Below are positions 1-7,835 of a stretch of DNA of 13,085 bases, in pieces (position 1 is the stretch's first letter; the number at the start of each line of letters is the position of its first letter). The notes beneath the pieces were generated by a model. It worked only from the letters and a program-made list of their open reading frames with translations, did not search any database and was not told where the DNA came from. Location: positions 1 through 13,085 of the forward strand of contig NW_021826302.1 of assembly GCF_006345805.1 (NCBI RefSeq), read 5' to 3'. Made by a program: the position numbers and the translations under genes. The DNA comes from Octopus sinensis. Lineage: Eukaryota.

Positions 1-97
1 GTACCAGTTGAGTACTGGGGTCGATGTAATCGACTTACCCACTACCCCACCCACCCCGAATCTGCTGGCCTTGTGGCAAAACTTGAAACCGTTATTT
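1..97 (+). mobile_element. 3' part of tRNA-derived SINE family A (cut by window start)
   Basis: gtaccagttgagtactggggtcgatgtaatcgactt...gctggccttgtggcaaaacttgaaacc matches the 3' half of the copies at 603-822 and 2761-2980. Confidence 0.8.
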
Positions 98-174
98 ATG
101 TCTATAATTAAGTAATAAATGCAAATACAAGTCAATTTAACAAGAAATAACCACTCTCCACTTTTTCAAATTTC

Positions 175-440
175 TCTCATTCTTTCCCTCTCTCTGTCTA
201 TCTCTGTTTCTCTCACTGCTCACACACACAAACCCACGCACACACACACGCACACACACACGCACACACACACGCACACACACATATACACACAGTGACA
301 CAGATATTGGTAAATATATATGTATATATGTACATACATATATACACACACATATATATACATATATGCATATATATTATGTATATGCATGTGTGTGTAT
401 GTGTGTGTGCGCGCGCTCGTGTGTGTGGATGTGTGTGTTT
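175..440. repeat. Compound microsatellite: (CT)n, (CA)n with 12-bp CACACACACACG periodicity, (TA)n, (TG)n
   Basis: Directly visible dinucleotide tracts. Confidence 0.9.
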
Positions 441-602
441 GAGTGCTTAATGAATCTAGCCCTAATTAAGTGTTTTAATTGTAATCAACATCAATGTTTT
501 GTGATTCTTTTGATGATTTGAAAATCCTTTTAATTATTTTGTGATAATTATAATTTAAATAAAAATATTTATCATTTATTTTTCATTAATTACTCGTTTG
601 AG

Positions 603-822
603 TGGCGGTGGATAGGCAAACCCTTTAGCGCGTCGAACAAAATGGATAGCGGTTTGTTTTCCGGACCTTCACGTTCTAGGTTCAAATACCACAGAGGTCA
701 ACCATGCCTTTCGTGCTTTCGGGATCGATAAAATAAGTAACCTATTGAGTACTGGGATCGATGTAATAATCTTACCTCCGCTCTCGAACTTGCTGACCTT
801 GTGTGAAAATTTAAAACCAATA
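603..822 (+). mobile_element. SINE family A, diverged full-length copy
   Basis: tRNA-like head with B-box-like ggttcaaatacc, central gcctttcgtgctttcgggatcgataaaataagta, tail tgctgaccttgtgtgaaaatttaaaacc. Confidence 0.8.
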
Positions 823-848
823 TCTGTTCAAAAAGGAGAAAAAAAGCT

Positions 849-1022
849 GGCGAGCTGGTAGATTCGCGTCGGACAAAGTGCCAAGTGGCATTTCTTCCGC
901 CTTTTCTCGTTCTAAGTTCAAATTCGCCGTGGTCGACTTTACTTTCAGGGTCGATGAAATAAGTACAAATCGAACATTGGAAGTGATGCAATCGACTTTA
1001 TGTCGAAATTAAAAGCAATTAA
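849..1022 (+). mobile_element. SINE family A, diverged copy with internal deletions
   Basis: ggcgagctggtaga...gttctaagttcaaattcgccgtggtcgacttt...gggtcgatgaaataagtac...atcgactt. Confidence 0.75.
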
Positions 1023-1067
1023 TTTTGTTTAGCAGCAATAATTGATTAATTAATTTTACATCAATAT

Positions 1068-1302
1068 TTACTCTTCTACTCTCTTTTACTTGTTTCAATC
1101 ATTTGACTGCGGCCATGCTGGAGCACCACTTTCAGTCGAGCAAATCGACCCTAGAACTTATTCTTTGTAAGCATAGTACTTATTCTATCGGTCTTTTTTG
1201 CCGAACCGCTAAGTTACGGGGACGTAAACCACATCAGAGGAAAAACACAGACACACAACACACACACACACACCACACAACATATATATATTATATATAT
1301 AT

Positions 1303-1334
<32 letters not shown>

Positions 1335-1338
1335 CACA

Positions 1339-1380
<42 letters not shown>

Positions 1381-1554
1381 CACATATACATATATACGAC
1401 GGGCTTCTTTCAGTTTCCGTCTACCAAATCCACTCACAAGGCTTTGGTCGGCCCGAGGCTATAGTAGAAGATACTTGCTCAAGGCACCACGCAGTAGGAC
1501 TGAACCCGGAACCATGTGGTTCGTAAGCAAGCTACTTACCACACAGTCACTCCT
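1068..1554 (-). mobile_element. SINE family B (tRNA-derived, CORE-like motif, internal microsatellite), near full length
   Basis: Minus strand: aggagtgactgtgtggtaag (A box)...gggttcagtcc (B box)...ccttgagcaagtatctt (CORE-like), internal (TA)n/(TG)n, 3' end gcatggccgcagtcaaatgattgaaacaagtaaaagag. Homologous to 10111-10534, 11191-11575 and 11712-12161. Confidence 0.9.
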
Positions 1555-1892
1555 TCTCCAAAATATCATTTTCCAACAGTTTTTGATGGAGTTTTTGTAA
1601 AATCATTTGAGCTTCAATTTTCCCTTTTGTACTCTGAATTCCATTTATTATGGTTTTAGAAAATTCAGACAAACTAACGGGATCCGTGGACACTCCAGCA
1701 GGACCCATGGCTGTTTACATACATGTTCTTATAATTTTAATTATCTTCATAACATTGTTTCCCTTCATGCTGCAAATTGAAACTCTTCTCTGGTAGACTT
1801 TACCTTTCGTGTTTTCGTTGTCGATTGAATCAATTACATTCCTCATTAAAAAATATATATGTAGCTTCGTTCCACTAAGCACTAATTAAGAT

Positions 1893-2093
1893 CTTTCAAA
1901 TTTTGGCACAAGGCCAGCAACTTTAGCGGGAAGGGTTAATCAATTACCTCGACCCGGTGCTGGACTAGTATTTTATATAATTGACCCCGAAAGGGTGAAA
2001 GGCAGATTTGACCTCAGCGGGATTTCAAAGAACGGAACAAATGCTACTAAGCATTTTGTTCGACGCGCTGATAATTTTGCCAACTAGCCCCTT
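1893..2093 (-). mobile_element. SINE family A, diverged copy
   Basis: Reverse complement of family A: tttcaaattttggcacaaggccagcaa...gaccccgaaagggtgaaaggc...gacctcagcgggattt...ctaagcattttgttcgacgcgct. Confidence 0.8.
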
Positions 2094-2109
2094 CATTAAG
2101 ATATACAAT

Positions 2110-2326
2110 AATTCTTTCTACAATAGGCACAAAGCCTGAAATTTCCTAGGGAGGGCTAGTTGATTACACCGACCCTAGTGCACGACTGGTACTTTATATT
2201 ATCGACGCCGAAAGATTGAAAAGCAAAGTCGACCTCGGCGGTATTTGAACTCAGAACGTAAAGCTGGAATAAATTTCGCTTATTCTTTTGTGCGATGGGT
2301 TAACGATTCGACCAGCTTGTATCTTA
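2110..2326 (-). mobile_element. SINE family A, diverged copy
   Basis: ctttctacaataggcacaaagcct...ctggtactt...atcgacgccgaaagattgaaaagcaaagtcgacctcggcggtatttgaactcagaacgt...aacgattcgaccagct. Confidence 0.8.
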
Positions 2327-2760
2327 CAAAAAACTTCACTTTTGACAAGATAAACACGTTTACTTTCATGGGACAACATTCTCTAAAACAGCAAGGAAGG
2401 TGTTCCAGTTTTCAAGGGTGTGTTTTTTAATCTTTTATTATATTTTTCTCTTTTTAAACTTCTGCAAACTTTTGGCACTACTAATTTTAAAATTTTACTT
2501 CGTACTCTTTTTAGGTTTCAAATGTTTGCCTTATAAATGTCCTCGCTTCAAATTCAAAGTACTCTTCAGAGCAAAAAGTGAAAGTACTTTTTTCTTAGCT
2601 AAAATGTGTTTCTTCAGCAAAAAACAAAAGTTCTAGTTTTAAAAATATAAGCGATAAAATTAACCTTTATATCTTTAAATACTTGTTCAAATCTATAATT
2701 TTGTTGTTGTTGTTTTTCTTTTACCTACGAATAACTGGATCCCATATCTTTCACTACTTT

Positions 2761-2980
2761 AAGGCGGCAAGCTGGCAGAATGGTTAGCACACCGGACGAA
2801 GTTCTCTGCAGTATTTCGCCCGTTGCTATGTTCTGAGTTCAAATTCCGTCGAGGTCGACTTTGCCTTTCATCCTTTCGGGGTCGATAAATTAAGTACCAG
2901 TGAAACACTGTAGTCGATGTAATCGACAATCCCCCCTCCCCCAAATTCCTGGCCTTGTGCCTATAATAGAAAGAAATATT
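2761..2980 (+). mobile_element. SINE family A, well-preserved full-length copy
   Basis: aaggcggcaagctggcagaatggttag (A box), gagttcaaattcc (B box), gcctttcatcctttcggggtcgataaattaagtaccag central domain, tail ggccttgtgcctataatagaaagaaat. Confidence 0.9.
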
Positions 2981-3034
2981 TTTCAATACTTGTTCATTTG
3001 CGAAAGGCAAATTTTTACACTACAGATTTTATTC

Positions 3035-3255
3035 TTAATTCAAATTTGACAATGTATCCAGTCAAAATGTTCTATTTGTTTTATGTTAAAACTGGCCAAA
3101 TCTAGTCTCTCACACCTACCCTAGAATGTCATTCTAAAAGTATACAATCACATCATTGAGATCTCAGAGCTACAATATGGTGCATGATTAATTCAAAACA
3201 ATGTGAGTCAATAAGCATTACATATGATAGAGTGATCTGAATGCTAAAGAGTTAA
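3035..3255. mobile_element. Probable piggyBac-type MITE remnant (one recognisable end)
   Basis: Right end aatgctaaagagttaa (3240-3255) resembles a ...GGG-TTAA piggyBac terminus. The interior resembles an abundant octopus repeat (from memory). The left TIR is not recognisable. Confidence 0.5.
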
Positions 3256-3504
3256 GCAACGTTAATCATAGAGAGAAGTCGGAGACTTGAAAGAGCAAGG
3301 GAAATAAAAACCAAAAAAAAATGAGACGATAGAGTCAAAAGATGGGAAAACAGCAAGTGCAAGAAATGAAAGAAAGTTTGAGTCAGATGACTCAACATGA
3401 CTGAGTACAAACGAGCAAGTTGCTTACGTAACCAAAGAGGAAGTCAAAAGATACGAAGAAAGAACATGGACGATGAATAGAGAGCTGATTATAAGCGACG
3501 GCAT

Positions 3505-3590
3505 CGAGAGAGAGAGAGGAGGGCAGACAGACAGAAAGACAGAAAGACAGACAGAAAGACAGACAGACAGAGAGACAGACAGAGTAGAGT
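3505..3590. repeat. (GA)n/(GACA)n microsatellite within a purine-rich tract (~3270-3720)
   Basis: gagagagagag...gacagacagaaagacagaaagacagacag directly visible. Confidence 0.85.
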
Positions 3591-3793
3591 GCAATGAAAT
3601 TACAAGAACGAGGAACAGCAGAAAAAATATCAGGAACAAACTTCAAAGGAAGAAATTTTGTATGACAAGGAAATATGGAGAATGAACAACAGTTACTTAA
3701 TTTGAGAAATGATAAAACAAGAAAGTAACGTCAGACGTTTTTGGGGTTTCTATGACACATCATCAAAATTAACAATTTGCAGGTGAACCATAT

Positions 3794-4220
3794 AATACCT
3801 ATTTCTTTACTACTCACAAGAGGCTAAACACAGAGAGGACAAACAAGGACAGACAAACAAACGGATTAAGTCGATTACAGCGACTCCAGTGCGTAACTGG
3901 TCCTTAATTTATCGACCCCGAAAGGATGAAAGACAAAGACGACCTCGGCGGAATTTGAACTCAGAACGTAGCGGCAGACGAAATACCTATTTCTTTATTA
4001 CCCACAAGGGGCTAAACACAGAGAGGACAAACAAGGACAGACAAACGGATTAAGTCGATTACAGCGACTCCAGTGCGTAACTGGTCCTTAATTTATCGAC
4101 CCCGAAAGGATGAAAGACAAAGACGACCTCGGCGGAATTTGAACTCAGAACGTAGCGGCAGACGATATACCGCTAAGCATTTCGCCCGGCGTGCTAACGA
4201 TTCTGCCAGCTCGCCGCCTT
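3794..4220 (-). mobile_element. SINE family A tandem dimer: full copy (4220-3988) plus head-less second unit (3987-3800) plus 6 bp of a third
   Basis: Two near-identical 184-188 bp units. Junction on + reads gcagacgaaatacc|tatttcttta. The 5' head is intact only on the first unit. Confidence 0.92.
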
Positions 4221-4285
4221 ACAATACCAGAGCAAGATCCTGGTTATATATTGATACATTGGGATCCAGAAATGAGGCACTAAAT

Positions 4286-4922
4286 CAGTGGTTCTCAATT
4301 AAGGACCACATAGCCTTTCGGGCTCCAAATAAGATTTTGTTGTTAAGATTTATGTGCAACAAATTGGTTTTACTTCTATAATACACAAAATTTTAAAGCA
4401 TTTTTTCATAAATCCCTAATCTCTTTCTATATAAATTTGGAGTTGTCTGTGTATGGCAGGTTTGGTTGCCTTCAACTAACACTAACACTATCTCCTCCGA
4501 GACATTGCGGCGCAAGTTGACTAAAATTGAGAGTATGATAGAAGAAGGCTTGCTCTTCCTTCCGTAGAAGAAAAAATTCAAATCGGACCATGTTAACACC
4601 AAAAATTATTTACATCAAAAAGGTGCTTTTTTCTATGAAAATCACTATTTTTTACGACTTTTTGACTGCTGTGTCGCCGTTTTTCGGTGTATTTCAACCA
4701 GAAAAATGTTCACTTAAAGAGAATGACAAGCTACATAGCGCAAAAGTTTTACGTTTCAAAAATTCCAATTCTAAAGGGTCGAAACAAACCCGAGCAACGC
4801 CGGGTGATACTGCTAGTGATATTTAATGTTAAAAATGTTATAAAAGTTTTTAGACATCGAATGGCTATGACGGTCCATAGGCAAAACAGGAATCAAAGGT
4901 AGGAAATGGTTAAGAAGCTCTG
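4286..4922. mobile_element. hAT (Charlie-like) non-autonomous MITE, interrupted by a Helitron
   Basis: Left end cagtggttctcaa (4286) and right end ttaagaagctctg (to 4922) form a 10/13 inverted match. 8-bp TSD cactaaat (4278-4285) / ctctaaat (4923-4930), 7/8 identical. Confidence 0.75.
4420..4816 (+). mobile_element. Non-autonomous Helitron (~397 bp)
   Basis: 5' A|TC (tctctttctatataaa), 3' GC-rich hairpin acccg-agcaacgc-cgggt (4788-4805) followed by CTAG (4813-4816)|T, with no TSD. These are canonical Helitron termini. The 5' boundary is less certain than the 3'. Confidence 0.8.
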
Positions 4923-5233
4923 CTCTAAATTGATGCAATAATGGTAAAGTGACTTTCTTCTCTACAAACTAATCCGAATGAATCAAAACAATTCTTTCAC
5001 AGGAATATTGAGGATGCTAATGATTTCAAGAAAAACACCCGAAATTATAACTATTCAGTTTTCTTTGCTTTATTTGGTCAAAAGAATGAATAGAAATGGA
5101 CCTTTTGGTTCAAAATTTAAAGACAAATATCCGGTTTTATTTCATATCTGTGCATAAAAAATGATCGTCCAGCATATTGGCTGGCTTTATATTATTACTG
5201 GAAATGGTACTTTACAGCACATCAAAACTCGTT

Positions 5234-5453
5234 TATCACTGATTCATTCATCAATGCTCTGTGATAACACGGTACGCTCTGTTGTTACATGTTACACTTA
5301 TCCCGAATTGATCTGCGATAACACGGGTTGACGATCAGTCAAAACTTGCTTGGATCGCAGAAACGCACCCCAGCGGTGACTATCCCGACTCGGGGTCACA
5401 GAACGAAATCTGTGTTCCCATATGTTCTATTATTCATATATCACTGATTCATT
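5234..5453. mobile_element. Unclassified 190-bp segment flanked by a perfect 15-bp direct repeat
   Basis: tatcactgattcatt at 5234-5248 and 5439-5453. The interior is more GC-rich than the flanks. Confidence 0.45.
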
Positions 5454-5462
5454 TAACACGGA

Positions 5463-5500
5463 GTTTTTGTTTGTTTTGTTTTGTTTTTTGTTTTGTTTTG
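5463..5500. repeat. (GTTTT)n simple repeat
   Basis: gtttttgtttgttttgttttgttttttgttttgttttg. Confidence 0.8.
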
Positions 5501-6354
5501 GTCGTTTTTCTTCCTTTTTTGCTTTTGGAACAAAACACCCGTAATAAACGAAGATAGATGTACCATATTGAAGCAATCAATATTCAAAATACTTACCTAA
5601 TGTGATGAATATAAAACAAGAAATCACTATTCTTCACAATCTGCATACTGAGCTACATTTAAAAATGTGTTTCATAGGGCTACAAGAACAGGCAAGTATA
5701 CTCACAGAAATACAGTGCTCTGTAAACATAAAACTGCACTTCAGATGATGTCCAAAACATCAGATGGTAGTTTCCCTATAATCAATGAAAACGCGGCTGA
5801 TTATTGGTGAAAATGTAACCCTTCTAGGAAAAAAAACATCATAATTCCTCCAAGAAATGCACTGCCGACAAGCATATCATATTTATCTTGCCATCTCCAT
5901 CCAATGAGCTACCTTCTTTTATTTCACAATGGTGAGCTTAAATGACGAAGTATATACTACGCATCGAAGTTAATGATATATCAGGAGTAAATCATGAAAC
6001 AGCTGTAACCATGCCGAAATACTAAATCTTCTTTTACATTTTACATCTGTTGGCTCTTTACTTACGCACACACGCGCGCGCGTGCACATATACATACATG
6101 CACAAACACACACATACTCACACATATGGTCCCGACATTCTCACTGTACCAATTCCATTGGTTCAAAATTTACAATGAATCTTAGGCAAAAATTACTTCA
6201 AAAGTATTAATATACGTTTTATGGGTTCATTAGAGGAGGAGGTGCATCACCCTGGTTATTTTTCAGGGCTTCAGAAACTGATAAGAGAAAGTGAGTGAGA
6301 GAGAGAGAGAGTGGAGTCAAGAGATATGGCCTGAAATTGTACCCTATTTGATAG

Positions 6355-6869
6355 TATCGCGATGGCAGCTTGCTTGGTGTGATGTGAATCTGGTAAACGA
6401 GGATATATTTTGTTGGCTGTAGGAATAATAACTGAAATAGAACTCACGAAGGTTTAACTGAAATATTTATTGCCGGACATCAAAAATATTGGCTGTTGGT
6501 TATTTACAATGAACAATATAAATGTTTGCTGACTGGGACAGAGAAGAAAACTGCGTCGCGTCCGGAGAAGTTACTTATGAGACATTGTGTGAAGGTTCAG
6601 TTTGGTCCGTCCGAGAAGCTGGAGTAGTTTTCGCAAATGTTCTGAACTGTTTGAAGGCAAGAATGGAGGCTCGAGTAAAGTAAGTCGCTTTCAACACTCT
6701 GAGTGACAAAACGGTCTTTTATAGGAGACAAGAATATTCTAGAAAACCATGTCATGCCACAGCCTCACGCTGATCGATCAAGTAATAAACCGATCACGTG
6801 AAACTTTGGTGGTTCAGTCGTGATGTCTGACCAGCTATCTAGAGGTTGGGGTTTCGAATCATCGCTACA
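6355..6869 (-). mobile_element. Probable solo LTR (515 bp), Gypsy-like by 4-bp TSD
   Basis: Minus strand starts TGTAGCGATG and ends CATCGCGATA (8/10 inverted, terminal CA mutated). Flanks atag / attg. TATAAAA (6723-6717) lies upstream of AATAAA (6471-6466) in the expected order. Confidence 0.6.
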
Positions 6870-6891
6870 ATTGCATAAATGATGCACAAGC

Positions 6892-7100
6892 ATATTATTA
6901 TCATCATCATTAACTTCTGGGCATTACTATCTTGAGTCCTAGGGCTCATAGCACTGGTTATCTGGTTTCCATCGCATGTACAAGACTGAGATCACAACAT
7001 CCCCCCTGGACGGGACGTCAGTCCATCCCAAAATTACTCATTTACAGCTGAGTGGACCGGAGTTATATGAAAGAAAATGTTTCAGACATATAAGGCGCAC
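6892..7100 (-). mobile_element. 5'-truncated SINE of a third family with a Deu/Nin-like central domain
   Basis: Minus strand ...ccactcagctgtaaatgagtaa...gatggactgacgtcccgtccagggggg...gaaaccagataacc... with an (ATG/ATA)n tail. The similarity to Deu/Nin domains is from memory. Confidence 0.55.
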
Positions 7101-7120
7101 TTCAATGTTAATATGTATAA

Positions 7121-7122
<2 letters not shown>

Positions 7123-7184
<62 letters not shown>
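7123..7184. repeat. (AT)n microsatellite, left flank of the hammerhead element
   Basis: Perfect AT run. Confidence 0.95.
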
Positions 7185-7188
<4 letters not shown>

Positions 7189-7783
7189 ATAAATCTCTGA
7201 GCGAGATATAAACAGTAACTGCTCTATAACATAAGGGGGATCAGCCATCTGAATGTGGCTAGGGACAGGGCGGGGTGGTGGGTGTGTTACTGATGCATTT
7301 AGCCCCAGGCGATCATCGACGTCACCAGAATGGCTGACACCATCACGGTGACCTTGCCAGCCTGCAAAGGGAGATCAGCCTCCCCGAAGATACGGATACT
7401 ACATACGGACCGGTTTCGAGGTAATTGCCTCTTATCAACGCATGGTAAGCACCGTTCTTCGTTGAGGGACTCCCTCTACAGGCTGGATATATATGAATTT
7501 TCACAGTAAACACATTTACTGATGTAGAAAAACCGTTCGATAACAATAATAAATCTCTGAGCGAGATATAAACAGTAACTGCTCTTTAACATAAGGGGGA
7601 TCAGCCATCTGAATGTGAACACACCCACCACCCCGCCCTGTCCCTAGCCCTGTCCCTAGCCACACCGTGATGGTGTCAGCCCTTCTGGTGACGTCGATGA
7701 TCGCCTGGGGCTAAATGCATCAGTAACACACCCACCACCCCGCCCTGTCCCTAGCCACATTCAGATGGCTGATCCCCCTTATG

Positions 7784-7788
<5 letters not shown>
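7185..7788 (-). mobile_element. Penelope-like pseudo-LTR / retrozyme-like non-autonomous element: 360-bp unit, 73-bp direct repeat and inverted copies
   Basis: 7185-7257 equals 7545-7617 (1 mismatch, period 360). 7663-7788 is the reverse complement of 7225-7350 (126 bp, 1 mismatch). It contains a hammerhead and has (TA)n on both sides. Confidence 0.8.
7402..7444 (-). ncRNA. Minimal type I hammerhead ribozyme, U3-A8 core variant
   Basis: Minus RNA: CAUGCG | UUGAUAA | GAGG-CAAUUA-CCUC | GAAA | CCGG | UC | CGUAUG. Stem I 6 bp (one G.U), stem II 4 bp, palindromic ACCGGU stem III, GUC triplet. Predicted cut between 7408 and 7407. Confidence 0.8.

Positions 7789-7832
<44 letters not shown>
7785..7832. 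repeat. (TA)n microsatellite, right flank of the hammerhead element
   Basis: Perfect TA run. Confidence 0.95.

Positions 7833-7835
<3 letters not shown>

Noticed and set aside
1103-1600. Longest ORF (165 aa) and similar ORFs at 11206-11505 and 11786-12178
   Set aside because: They are antisense read-throughs of SINE family B and its microsatellite (YIYI and THTH runs). Their mutual similarity reflects the repeat, not a gene family.
1590-1715. Possible fragment of another hAT-like MITE (gggatccgtggacactccagcaggacccatgg)
   Set aside because: No TIR or TSD was found, and the resemblance is too weak to call.
2761-2850. tRNA-like sequence with A and B boxes
   Set aside because: It is the head of a multi-copy SINE and continues into the SINE body. 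No proper cloverleaf is evident.
3794-4220. Tandem SINE units as a hammerhead retrozyme or CRISPR-like array
   Set aside because: There is no CUGANGA/GAAA core on either strand of the unit, no unique spacers, and the context is eukaryotic.
5590-5599. atacttacct, identical to the 5' end of U1 snRNA
   Set aside because: The match stops after 10 nt. Read as AG|GTAAGTAT on minus it could be a splice donor, but no upstream exon could be supported.
7441-7450. Splice-donor-like ATG|GTAAGC beside the hammerhead
   Set aside because: It is on the opposite strand to the ribozyme and no matching acceptor or exon can be supported.
7343-7546. 67-aa minus-strand ORF across the hammerhead
   Set aside because: It is short, starts at a non-ATG codon and shows no RT or GIY-YIG motif. 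RNA structure explains the region better.
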